Part shown: positions 7,496 to 16,404 of the stretch, one piece after another
Layout of the letters: every line of letters begins with the position of its first letter
Position numbering within the stretch: position 1 is the first letter of the stretch
Assembly (NCBI GenBank): GCA_964495685.1
Contig: CAZBVQ010000001.1
Location: 169,521-233,520, forward strand
Direction of reading: 5' to 3'
DNA: 64,000 bases
Origin: an uncultured Candidatus Saccharibacteria bacterium
GTDB lineage: Bacteria > Patescibacteriota > Minisyncoccia > Phycocordibacterales > PALSA-1337
Program-made: the position numbers and the translations under genes
The notes under the pieces: generated by a model
Told to the model about the DNA's origin: nothing
Databases searched by the model: none
The model's input: only the letters and a program-made list of their open reading frames with translations

Positions 7496-9961
7496 TTATT
7501 CAAAATGCGCCTCTTTTCCGTACTGCTCAGCCGCTTTCTTGAGTAGGGGATATTTGTTGAGCATCGCATCTTCACTTATTAATCTGATCGCCTCTGTTCG
7601 TGCCGCTTCGACCATCTTCAAATTTTTGAGTGCCTCCATGGCGACGTCGGAGACGCCCCATTGTCGTAGACCAGAAAGTTCGCCGGCACCACGTTGTGCG
7701 AGATCGAGCTCGGCCAGCTCGAAGCCATTCTTGGCAGTTTGGAGCGCCTTGAGACGCTCCAGGGATTTGGCGGAATTGGTTTCGGTGAATGCGTAACAAT
7801 ACGCTTGGTGACTACTGCGCATGACACGGCCGCGGAGCTGGTGGAGTTGTGAGAGGCCAAATCGTTCTGCACCTTCGATAATAATGACAGTGGCATTGGG
7901 TACATTGACGCCGACTTCGACGACTGAGGTGGCGCAGAGAATATCTATTTTTCCATTCTTGAAATCATCCATGACAGCATCTTTGTCTTCAGGTTTCATT
8001 TTGCTGTGGAGAATACCGATTTCGTAGTGCGGAAATACTGAACGTTTGAGGCGTTTTGCTTCTTCTTTGACTGACTTGGCGATGACGGCTGCCTCTTTGT
8101 CGGGATCTGGCTCATCGATACGTGGACAGATGACATAAAGTTGTCGACCAGCTTCGAGTTCGTGGCGGATTTTGGTATAAGTTTCGTCACGCTTATCAGG
8201 TCTAACAAGTTCGGTAATTATTGGCTTACGACCAGCAGGGGATTGATCGATGAGAGTAAGGTCGAGGTCGCCGTACATTGTTAATGCTAATGTGCGCGGA
8301 ATGGGTGTGGCGGTCATTGAAAGGAGATGTGGAGCGATAGTATCTTTGCGCACCAATTTCCTGCGCTGTGCGATACCGAAACGATGTTGCTCATCGATGA
8401 TGGCGTAAGCAAGATTTTTAAACTTGACTGACTTTTGAATAAGGGCATGTGTGCCTATAAGAACTGAAATGGAGCCTTCTTCAACCCACTTGAGAAGTTG
8501 CGAACGAGAAATATCGGTCCAACCCTTGGGGTTTACCTTGGAAGGAAATTTATAACAGCCGGAACCGGTGATGAGGCCAATCTGTATGGGCATGTAGGAG
8601 AAATATTTCACGAATGACTCGAATTGTTGGGTGGCGAGGATTTCGGTGGGGCACATGTAGGCGACTTGGAGTGGGCCACGGCGAAGAGCGTTTGTTACAA
8701 CCGCGACCTCAGAAGGAATACGGCTCTTGCCGACGCGCGTCAGGGCCTGCTGGCCCTGCGCTATGCTCGCGCCGTCGCGCTCCGCAGTGTCGGCTCGAAC
8801 CGATTCCTTCTGAGGTCGTGACGTCATGACGGCGTATGCGGTGGCTGCGGCAACGGCGGTCTTGCCGGAGCCGACATCTCCTTCGAGGAGGCGTGACATG
8901 GCAGAGCCGCGCTTCATGTCGGTCATAATGGCGTCGATGGCATGCTGTTGGGCATCGGTGGCGACGAAGGGGAAGCGGCGCACGAATTCACGGACATGCT
9001 CGATGTCGGTCTCAATGGTGAAAGCGGGATGCTTCTCATATTCGCGGCGAGCTTGCTGACGCGCGAGCTGGATCATAAATATTTCTTGGAATGAAAAACG
9101 TTTGCGCGCGGCGAGGGCGTCGTCATTATTCATGGGTGTATGAATCCAGATGAGAGCGGTTTTGAGGGTTGGTAGATGATATTTTTCGAGAATGTCGGCA
9201 GGAATGGGGTCGGCGAGCTGGTCGAGGATGCCACTCTTGAATACTTTTTGCAGAGAATGATACATCCAGAGAGAGGTGATGCCGCGGGATTCGCTGTAGA
9301 CGGGATAGAGATTGTGAGATGCACCCGTGTCGCCGAAGAGGGAGTCGCCGACGCCGGTAGGGAGTTTATCGACGAGTTCGAGTTTGGGGTTGGAGAAGTA
9401 GAGTTTTCCGGTAGCATTAGGGACAAGAGTCTCCTCACCCACGATCGACTCGGCTCGCACAACAGAACCGCTCGCCGAGTCGTCTTTTCTCAGCGTCGCC
9501 TGTAGCGGTATGTCTGTTCCTTGATTCCGCGACGCTTCCGAAGAGGGTTCGGAAACTCTGTCCCCAATGCCACCGCTCGCCGATTTCTTCGGTCTTCGTT
9601 CGCTGACTTTGCCTTCGATGCGTACGAGGGCCCCTTCGGGGGTCATCTTGGCGATGTAGGGCTGGTTGAACCAGGTACACTGGATGCGACCAGTCTCGTC
9701 TTCGACGTAGGCAGTGGCCATGGTTATTTTGGTGCGGAATCCTTTGCTGGCTTTGAGGCTGGTGATTTTGCCGTAGATGACGGCAGTGTCACCTTTCTTG
9801 AGTGAGTCGATGGAGCGTGCCTCAGCAGTGTCGCCGTAGCGGACAGGGAAATGATAGAGCAAATCTTCGACGGTATGAACGCTGAGCTTCTTGAGCGCGG
9901 CCTTCTGGATGGGGGTGATGCGGAAGTATTCAGAGACGGGTATGTCGGGAGTGAGGGGCAT
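7496..9961 (-). CDS. recG: ATP-dependent DNA helicase RecG with two in-frame palindromic insertions
   Basis: EDLLYHFPVRY, wedge WFNQPY, GDVGSGKT, DEQHRFG, MTATPIPRTL, ERFGLSQLHQLRGRV; TATACT 6 nt before ATG 9961. Confidence 0.95.
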   Translation of the reverse strand: MPLTPDIPVSEYFRITPIQKAALKKLSVHTVEDLLYHFPVRYGDTAEARSIDSLKKGDTAVIYGKITSLKASKGFRTKITMATAYVEDETGRIQCTWFNQPYIAKMTPEGALVRIEGKVSERRPKKSASGGIGDRVSEPSSEASRNQGTDIPLQATLRKDDSASGSVVRAESIVGEETLVPNATGKLYFSNPKLELVDKLPTGVGDSLFGDTGASHNLYPVYSESRGITSLWMYHSLQKVFKSGILDQLADPIPADILEKYHLPTLKTALIWIHTPMNNDDALAARKRFSFQEIFMIQLARQQARREYEKHPAFTIETDIEHVREFVRRFPFVATDAQQHAIDAIMTDMKRGSAMSRLLEGDVGSGKTAVAAATAYAVMTSRPQKESVRADTAERDGASIAQGQQALTRVGKSRIPSEVAVVTNALRRGPLQVAYMCPTEILATQQFESFVKYFSYMPIQIGLITGSGCYKFPSKVNPKGWTDISRSQLLKWVEEGSISVLIGTHALIQKSVKFKNLAYAIIDEQHRFGIAQRRKLVRKDTIAPHLLSMTATPIPRTLALTMYGDLDLTLIDQSPAGRKPIITELVRPDKRDETYTKIRHELEAGRQLYVICPRIDEPDPDKEAAVIAKSVKEEAKRLKRSVFPHYEIGILHSKMKPEDKDAVMDDFKNGKIDILCATSVVEVGVNVPNATVIIIEGAERFGLSQLHQLRGRVMRSSHQAYCYAFTETNSAKSLERLKALQTAKNGFELAELDLAQRGAGELSGLRQWGVSDVAMEALKNLKMVEAARTEAIRLISEDAMLNKYPLLKKAAEQYGKEAHFE
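8702..8820. repeat. Palindromic element, family A, copy 1 (in frame in recG)
   Basis: Outer stem cgcgacctcagaaggaatacgg / ccgattccttctgaggtcgtg; core 8730-8793 shares 41+15 identical nt with 16794-16869 (opposite strand). Confidence 0.9.
9409..9575. repeat. MITE-like palindromic insertion in recG (family B)
   Basis: Imperfect ~25 bp terminal inverted repeat ggtagcattagggacaagagtctcc / ggaaactctgtccccaatgccacc; internal hairpins gactcggc..gccgagtc and agcgtcgc..gcgacgct; encodes a low-complexity ~55 aa loop. Confidence 0.8.
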
Positions 9962-10075
9962 GGGGATAGTATATAGGGAAAAAGGGAGGGATGGAAAGAT
10001 TATGTAATACACAATTTCTCCACAAATTCAAAAGGCGCTTGCATTGATGCCCCGTGATATGATACAGGTATTCTC

Positions 10076-10603
10076 ATGACGATTCAGAATATTATTACAA
10101 CCATTGGTATTCCTGTTATTGTGGCCGCCCTTATCTATATAGGATGTAAGCTTCAGACGCTGGATAATGTCGAAAAGAAGATCGAGAGTATTTACGATCG
10201 TTTCCTTAAGGTCGAGGAACGAGTTGATACGCTCTGGAAAGATAAAGTGGCGCCAGCGCATTCACCTCGTCAATTGAACGAATTGGGTGTGACAATACGA
10301 GATCAAAGTGGCATTAAGGAAATTATTGACACAAAAAGGCAGACTCTTCTTGATGCTATTCGAGAACAGGATCCAAAAACTCCATATGATGCTGAGAGGG
10401 TTATATTATCGGTGGTTAATGATCTGTCCAAACATTGTCCTGAAGTGGTCGACCAACTCAAAGAGGGAGCCTTCAAAGTCGGGCAGAGTATCGATGTCAT
10501 TCTTCTTGTTGGCGGATTTTATCTAAGGGACCAGATTTTCCCCGAACTTGGTTTTTCTCTTACTGATCTTGATATTCCCAAGCCAGCTCAACCTAGTCAG
10601 TAA
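10076..10603 (+). CDS. Hypothetical protein with N-terminal TM and coiled coil
   Basis: 175 aa ORF; hydrophobic N-terminus followed by LDNVEKKIESIYDRFLKVEERVD. Confidence 0.65.
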   Translation: MTIQNIITTIGIPVIVAALIYIGCKLQTLDNVEKKIESIYDRFLKVEERVDTLWKDKVAPAHSPRQLNELGVTIRDQSGIKEIIDTKRQTLLDAIREQDPKTPYDAERVILSVVNDLSKHCPEVVDQLKEGAFKVGQSIDVILLVGGFYLRDQIFPELGFSLTDLDIPKPAQPSQ

Positions 10604-11471
10604 TACGCAGTCTCTTCTTTTTCAATTCCAAGAAACCTTCTTGGAGTAATGCTTCAATGGCATCTTTGATGCGTAATGACGGTATCTTCGATTTTTGGAA
10701 ATGCGCAGAAATTTCCTCCTCCGTCCTACCTTTCTCCATAATCAGTTTTAATATCCTCGATCTCAATTCACGATTTGATCCCTTGAATGGCTTCTGCTTC
10801 ATATGATGCGCACTTCTGCGTGACGGGTTGGGAAGAGTCTTCTTGAGATATGAACCATAATCCATGAGGGCCCAGTACCATTCACGGGGATTTTTGTTGA
10901 TCCGAGGATCTTGTAGGGCCTTCTCGATGAATGGCATGAGCTGGTCGTCAGTTACTTTCTTGCAAGCTTTCTTACCCTCACGTTTCTCGATTTCAGGGAA
11001 GAAGAAATGAATGAACACCGAACGAATATTGGTCTCGATGAAGGCGATTGGCTTGTTGAATGCAAACGCAAGAATAGAGCCGGCAGTGTTGGGTCCGATA
11101 CCGGGGAGTGCACGCAGTTCGTCGTATGTTTTCGGGAGTAATGAATTGGTGGTAGTTTCTTTTCCAGGAATTTTCTTGGTCCCATTCAGGGAAATCGTCT
11201 CCGCAATACGTTTGAGATACAGTGCGCGTCTGTTGTAGCCGAGGCCCGACCATTCCTGCAAGACTTCTTTGGTCGAAGCTTTGGTAAGTGATTCCCAGTC
11301 GGGGAAGCGGGCGATGAACGAGGTGAACTTTGCAGTCACGCGATGTACCTGTGTCTGCTGAAGCATGATTTCGGAGACGACGATGTAGTAGGGCCGTGTA
11401 TCTCTACGCCACAGCATGTTGCGCTTGTGAGTGCGGTAGTAGGATCGGATGGTGGAGATGAATTTTTTCAT
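10593..11471 (-). CDS. mutY: A/G-specific adenine glycosylase, MutY-like (no Fe-S cysteine cluster)
   Basis: VSEIMLQQTQV, WSGLGYNRRA, HhH LPGIGPNTA, ETNIRSV, ALMDYG. Confidence 0.85.
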   Translation of the reverse strand: MKKFISTIRSYYRTHKRNMLWRRDTRPYYIVVSEIMLQQTQVHRVTAKFTSFIARFPDWESLTKASTKEVLQEWSGLGYNRRALYLKRIAETISLNGTKKIPGKETTTNSLLPKTYDELRALPGIGPNTAGSILAFAFNKPIAFIETNIRSVFIHFFFPEIEKREGKKACKKVTDDQLMPFIEKALQDPRINKNPREWYWALMDYGSYLKKTLPNPSRRSAHHMKQKPFKGSNRELRSRILKLIMEKGRTEEEISAHFQKSKIPSLRIKDAIEALLQEGFLELKKKRLRITD

Positions 11472-11588
11472 TGAGGCATAATACCTGATGGATAGAAAAT
11501 ATGTTAATGAAAACTACTCCTTGGTAGGAGCAGTTTTCATCTCTGAGGTATCTTTTGAACATCGATCAGGGGAGAGGGCAGTGATGAA

Positions 11589-12074
11589 TTATTTACCAGA
11601 AATTGTGAAGTAATCCTTGCTACGGCCGACCAATTCTCTTCCACTTGAAGGATAAATTTCAATTTTGTACTTGTTGTTTGTTTCAGCGGGTGTGATTGTC
11701 CACTTATAGCTTCCGGTGGGGGATATATCCGAGGCAATGATCCTGGTAGAAACCTTATTGTTAGGTGCTGTTGATTGCAGGCTAATCGTGAGCGGGTCAT
11801 TGCCAGAATAGTTAGCCCAACGAATATCATATGTCTTGCCAACCTCTAGTTGTTCTCCGCCCACGGGATAAGTTATTTGAATGTGCCCTTCCTCTGGAAC
11901 GTAACTTGCGCCCTTACCAAGATTCGAATCTCCGACAGTAGTCGATTGGTCACTTGGGATTTGCGGGGATGAGTTAGAGTTAGTTGCTCGGTCTGCTGAT
12001 TTATTGGAAAAAATAAAGTAGCATCCAACGCCAAGGGCAATAATTACCACTATAATCCAAACTATTTTGCTCAT
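11589..12074 (-). CDS. Membrane-anchored secreted protein with Ig-like (Kre9/Ser-Thr-rich GPI-type) domain
   Basis: N-terminal TM; IQITYPVGGEQLEVGKTYDIRW...GSYKWTI...YKIEI...SKDYFTI pattern. Confidence 0.65.
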   Translation of the reverse strand: MSKIVWIIVVIIALGVGCYFIFSNKSADRATNSNSSPQIPSDQSTTVGDSNLGKGASYVPEEGHIQITYPVGGEQLEVGKTYDIRWANYSGNDPLTISLQSTAPNNKVSTRIIASDISPTGSYKWTITPAETNNKYKIEIYPSSGRELVGRSKDYFTISGK

Positions 12075-12107
12075 AAAATCTATATAATTTATTTATAGAC
12101 GTTCTAG

Positions 12108-12506
12108 TTACATCTGAGGTGCAGTCGGAGCAGATGCTTTCTTGCGAATAGCCCATGCGCCAGGGCCAGAAACGATGAGGCCGAGAAGTGCGGCGAGGAC
12201 GGCCATCGGGACAGTGACCATCTGAGGTGCGTTGATGGCGACCAAGATGGTGGCAACGATCATGATAATAGCGAGGACTGATGAAGCGAGGCAGTTCCAG
12301 AGGCCGAGGACGACGAGGATGCCGCCGATGAATTCTGCGTATCCGACGATGTAGGCGAGGAATGCGGGGATGCCCATTGAGGCGAAGTAGCCGACGGTCG
12401 AAGTCATGTCAGCGATCTTCATCCAACCGGTGTAAATGAAGATACCACCGATGATGAGGCGGATAAGGAGTAATGCGAGGTTCTTGCTTGTAGGGGACAG
12501 TGACAT
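12108..12506 (-). CDS. DoxX family membrane protein
   Basis: LLIRLIIGGIFIYTGWMK...AEFIGGILVVLGL...GPGAWAI. Confidence 0.85.
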   Translation of the reverse strand: MSLSPTSKNLALLLIRLIIGGIFIYTGWMKIADMTSTVGYFASMGIPAFLAYIVGYAEFIGGILVVLGLWNCLASSVLAIIMIVATILVAINAPQMVTVPMAVLAALLGLIVSGPGAWAIRKKASAPTAPQM

Positions 12507-12568
12507 GATGATGAATGATTAAACTACTAAGGAATAATGGGGAGATTGTAGCATATAAAAAGTATCTG

Positions 12569-12655
12569 CGGAGACGGTGGGATTCGAACCCACGAGGGAG
12601 TTTCCCCCCTAACACCTTAGCACGGTGCCGCTTTCGACCACTCAGCCACGTCTCC
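12569..12655 (-). tRNA. tRNA-Ser(GCU)
   Basis: GGAGACG acceptor, long variable arm, anticodon loop GT-GCT-AA, G73. Confidence 0.9.
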
Positions 12656-12763
12656 AACGAATATAGGGCGATACCACGCCATTCTTGCACAAAAACGTCT
12701 ATGTATCAACGAAACCCTCGCAATTCCGCCGCATTTTGGCTATGATTCACTGTGCCCGAATCT

Positions 12764-12848
12764 GGAGAGATGGGTGAGTGGTTTAAACCAGCGGTTTACT
12801 AAACCGCCGACCTGCAAAGGTCCGCGAGTTCGAATCTCGCTCTCTCCG
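12764..12848 (+). tRNA. tRNA-Ser(ACU)
   Basis: GGAGAGA/TCTCTCC acceptor, G73, variable arm GACC-TGCAAA-GGTC, anticodon arm GCGGT-TT-ACT-AA-ACCGC. Confidence 0.85.
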
Positions 12849-12989
12849 CAGACGTTAGTTAGTCAATCGCTTAGAGAAAGGTGTCAAGTGGCACGAAACA
12901 AATTATATTTTGCATGGTATGATGACTACAAGTTCTGAGTAAGAAATGCTCTAAATTTAAAAACCTATTTTATCTAACATAAAACTAAT

Positions 12990-13934
12990 ATGAGGTTCAC
13001 AAAGATTATTGTGGCAGTTATCGTGGTCGTGGCTGTAGTTGGTTTTGTTGCTTGGGATACTAATTTGATACCGAAAGACTCTTTCCGTACATCAAATAAT
13101 GAAAATACCCCGATTACCACAGATGATACAAAGTCACCATCTTCCAATCAGAGTATTGAGTCTCGGCAAATGAGTTTCGAACAAGCTAAAAAGGTATCGA
13201 TAACAGCACCTTCAGGGAATGATATTCTTGAACCAGGCAAGCCGGCCGTGGTTGTTTTCTCACCAGTCCAGGGGGCCGTATCTTATGAGATAACAATTAC
13301 CATTCCTGCATATACAGATCGCTCACGTAATCTTGTAAGTGCAGACAAGGTCGATACGTTGTTTAAGGAAGTTACATCAGAAACAACTCACACAATAATT
13401 GTACCCAAGACAATTGCTTATCAAACATCGGAAAATGGCTATAACGGAGAAAAGATTATTGTCAGAGCCCTTGATCGTGATGGCAAACAATTGATGATAA
13501 ACGGAATCCAACAGGGAAAAGCATACGAGATCCCTGCAGTGGATGAAAAACAGATAAAGATCCTTTCTTTACCTACTCAGCAGAATCTTTTGGACGCAGA
13601 TACGTATGTTCTCGGAAAAGAAGGTGGAACGATTACGCTCAAATTTGGAGCATTACAACTCCCATCTGTCAAAAGGAAAGTTGTCTTCGTGTGCCCATCA
13701 GAAGTAAATTCAATAATTTCAATAGACGGAATTAGCTGTGGTGGCCCTCAAGCGACCCCCCTCGAGTTCGGTGCGGAGGCATTCACTAAGAAAATGATCG
13801 TGAAAGGAAATCCTTTTCCAGGGCGAGATACAGCAATCGCATTAATGGTCTCCTATTATGATAGTAAAGGGAATCGGATCAGTTCTCGGGGTATAGATGA
13901 TCAGTCTTGGTTGTCAGTAAAGATTTCTAAATAA
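12990..13934 (+). CDS. Hypothetical secreted or membrane-anchored protein
   Basis: 314 aa; N-terminal hydrophobic anchor, Ser/Thr linker, beta-rich body; AT-rich relative to its flanks. Confidence 0.7.
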   Translation: MRFTKIIVAVIVVVAVVGFVAWDTNLIPKDSFRTSNNENTPITTDDTKSPSSNQSIESRQMSFEQAKKVSITAPSGNDILEPGKPAVVVFSPVQGAVSYEITITIPAYTDRSRNLVSADKVDTLFKEVTSETTHTIIVPKTIAYQTSENGYNGEKIIVRALDRDGKQLMINGIQQGKAYEIPAVDEKQIKILSLPTQQNLLDADTYVLGKEGGTITLKFGALQLPSVKRKVVFVCPSEVNSIISIDGISCGGPQATPLEFGAEAFTKKMIVKGNPFPGRDTAIALMVSYYDSKGNRISSRGIDDQSWLSVKISK

Positions 13935-13943
13935 AGATTTTTA

Positions 13944-13969
13944 TTTTCCCCAAAATAACGCTGCTATAG
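13944..13969 (+). repeat. 26 bp direct repeat, copy 1 (copy 2 at 15180-15205)
   Basis: ttttccccaaaataacgctgctatag vs ttttccccaaaataacgctactatag. Confidence 0.85.
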
Positions 13970-14005
13970 ACGTTATAATTATTCGCTATCAACTAATCTA
14001 CACCC

Positions 14006-15163
14006 ATGAACCCCACAAGTGCCTTGCAGCAACAGTTTGCTCTTGATCCTAAGAAATTTTGGAAGAAAGTTATAGAAAAGCTCACGGCACTTTATATTCT
14101 GGGAGCCATGGTCGCCATTGTTTTGTTGGTGATTATCTGGCAGAGCGCTGGTTCATCTGCCGATCATGAAGTAAATACTGTTTTGTGGATTGTTCTTGTT
14201 CTCGGTCTCATAGTTCTTCTCGTTATCTCTGCTTTGTATAGTTGGTACGTCAAAACATACATCAAGCGTTATTACTATGCAGGAGAGGACAATTTCATCA
14301 CCATCAAAAAGGGTGTTTTTGCTCCGACGGAGATTCATGTTCAGTGGCAGAAAATCCAGGACGTGTATGTTGATCAGGACATTCTCGATCGTATCCTCGG
14401 TCTGTATGATGTGCATATTGCCAGTGCGACAGCGTCATCAGGTATTGAGGCGCACATAGACGGAGTCAACCAGCAGTCAGCCGAAGGCTTGAAGAAATTC
14501 CTTTTGGCCAAAATTTCCGGAACGGGTATGTCGTCAGCACAAAATTCTACTGTGACGCCAGGTGTTACGCAGACCCAAAGTGCACCTGCCCAGCCGGCCA
14601 CGATCAATTTTTCTGGAGATCTGTCGAGTGATGCGTATCCTCTGTCAGGGAAGTGGACTGTCGTCACACTGATTAGTCGATTGTTGAGTTCTATAAGCTA
14701 TCCGTTCATTATCATTCTTGTCATATTCGGTAAGTCCAAGAACCTTACTATTGAAGATGATTGGCAGTACTGGGTATTGATCTGGATTGGTCTCACTATT
14801 ATTACTATGATTGGCAGAACCATCGCGCTTTTCTTGTGGAAGAAAAATTACGCATTCAAATTTGGTCCTGAAAATATTTATTATAAGGAGGGAGTCATCA
14901 GTCTTTCCGAAAAGCATATGCCGTATTCGTCCATTCAAGATGTTACGGTCCGCCAGGGTGTTGTCGAACGATTCTTTGGTCTCGCCAAAGTCGTCATCGA
15001 AAATGCTGCACAGCAATCAGTCCCCGTTGGTCGTTATGGTCAGAAAATGGCAGTTTCCTCGGGGGTGGTTTTGCAGGGATTCTCTATTGCAGAAGCCAAC
15101 AAGATTGCTGACATGTTGAAGACCAGTGTGCTCGGCAAGAATTCAGGGAAGTATGGAATCTAG
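14006..15163 (+). CDS. Membrane protein with two bacterial PH (bPH_2, YdbS/YdbT-like) domains
   Basis: Two repeats of TM-TM + IKKGVF..E.H.....IQDV.V.Q....R..GL. Confidence 0.85.
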   Translation: MNPTSALQQQFALDPKKFWKKVIEKLTALYILGAMVAIVLLVIIWQSAGSSADHEVNTVLWIVLVLGLIVLLVISALYSWYVKTYIKRYYYAGEDNFITIKKGVFAPTEIHVQWQKIQDVYVDQDILDRILGLYDVHIASATASSGIEAHIDGVNQQSAEGLKKFLLAKISGTGMSSAQNSTVTPGVTQTQSAPAQPATINFSGDLSSDAYPLSGKWTVVTLISRLLSSISYPFIIILVIFGKSKNLTIEDDWQYWVLIWIGLTIITMIGRTIALFLWKKNYAFKFGPENIYYKEGVISLSEKHMPYSSIQDVTVRQGVVERFFGLAKVVIENAAQQSVPVGRYGQKMAVSSGVVLQGFSIAEANKIADMLKTSVLGKNSGKYGI

Positions 15164-15210
15164 GACGCATCTATTTTTCTTTTCCCCAAAATAACGCTAC
15201 TATAGTGTCA

Positions 15211-16404
15211 ATGAAAACTATTACCGACAAAGCTCGTATCGAGGAGATGTTCGCTCGTGGCACACTCGTCGAAGCGTATCCTTCCAAGGACGAGCTCATG
15301 AAGAAGCTCCTCTCGGGAGAGCGCATCAAGATCTACTATGGTCTCGATCCGACACACACCGCTATTCACCTCGGTCATGCCAAGAACATGATTTTCCTCG
15401 AGGAGTTGCGTGAGCTCGGTCATGAAGTTGTCATTCTTTTTGGTGACTTCACGGCTACGATAGGGGACCCGTCAGACAAAGCGGCTACCAGGAAACAGCT
15501 CACCACCGACGAGGTCAAGAAGAATATGTCGACATGGCTTACACAGATCAAGCCCCTGGTCAATTTCACTGACAAAGATAATCCGGCTACAGTTGTCACC
15601 AATTCCACCTGGCTTTCAAAGCTCAATTTTGCTGACGTCTTGGATTTGGCCTCAAATTTCACGGTCCAGCAAATGCTTGAGCGCGACATGTTCCAGAAAC
15701 GCCTCAAAAATAATTCACCGATTCACGTCCACGAATTTATGTATCCGCTGATGCAAGGATATGACAGTGTTGCCATGGATGTTGATGCTGAACTCTGTGG
15801 CACCGATCAGACCTTCAATGCGCTCGCTGGTCGCACGCTGGTCAAACGTTACAAAAATAAAGACAAATTCGTTCTCGCTCTCAACCTTGTTGCCAATCCC
15901 AAAACGGGTGAGCTTATGTCCAAGTCAAATGGTACGGGCGTATTCATCGATCAGCCAGCCAACTCACTTTTTGGCGCACTGATGGCGTTGCCGGATCCGA
16001 TGATTGAGCCGTTGTTCGTCAATTGCACACGTATTCCGATGTCAGAAAAGGATGGGCTCATGGCCGCCGGGCCAAGATCAGCCAAGGCACGCGTGGCTTT
16101 CGATATTGTGAAGCGACTCCATGGTGAGAAAGCAGCGCAGGAAGCAGAAAAAGCATTCGAAGATACATTCGCCAAGGGTGGTGTGCCTGATGATGTGCAA
16201 GAAGTGAAGCTTGGTGGTGATTCTGTCGCCGAAGCACTAGTCAAGGCGGGCGTCATTCCTTCCAAGGCAGAGTGGCGACGACTCATTGATGGTGGTGGTA
16301 TCAAGACCGAAGATGATGAGAAGATTACCGATTCACATTTCAAGCCGACAAAAACAATGATTCTCAAAGTGGGGAAGAGGAGGTTTGTGAAGGTTGTTGT
16401 CTAA
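15211..16404 (+). CDS. tyrS: Tyrosine--tRNA ligase
   Basis: YYGLDPT..IHLGH, YPLMQGYD, CGTDQTFN, LMSKS, C-terminal S4 domain LKVGKRRF. Confidence 0.95.
   Translation: MKTITDKARIEEMFARGTLVEAYPSKDELMKKLLSGERIKIYYGLDPTHTAIHLGHAKNMIFLEELRELGHEVVILFGDFTATIGDPSDKAATRKQLTTDEVKKNMSTWLTQIKPLVNFTDKDNPATVVTNSTWLSKLNFADVLDLASNFTVQQMLERDMFQKRLKNNSPIHVHEFMYPLMQGYDSVAMDVDAELCGTDQTFNALAGRTLVKRYKNKDKFVLALNLVANPKTGELMSKSNGTGVFIDQPANSLFGALMALPDPMIEPLFVNCTRIPMSEKDGLMAAGPRSAKARVAFDIVKRLHGEKAAQEAEKAFEDTFAKGGVPDDVQEVKLGGDSVAEALVKAGVIPSKAEWRRLIDGGGIKTEDDEKITDSHFKPTKTMILKVGKRRFVKVVV

Noticed and set aside
8702-9575. RecG insertions as inteins or self-splicing introns
   Set aside because: Too short, no Cys/Ser...His-Asn intein termini, no group I/II features; the family A core occurs in both orientations relative to mRNA.
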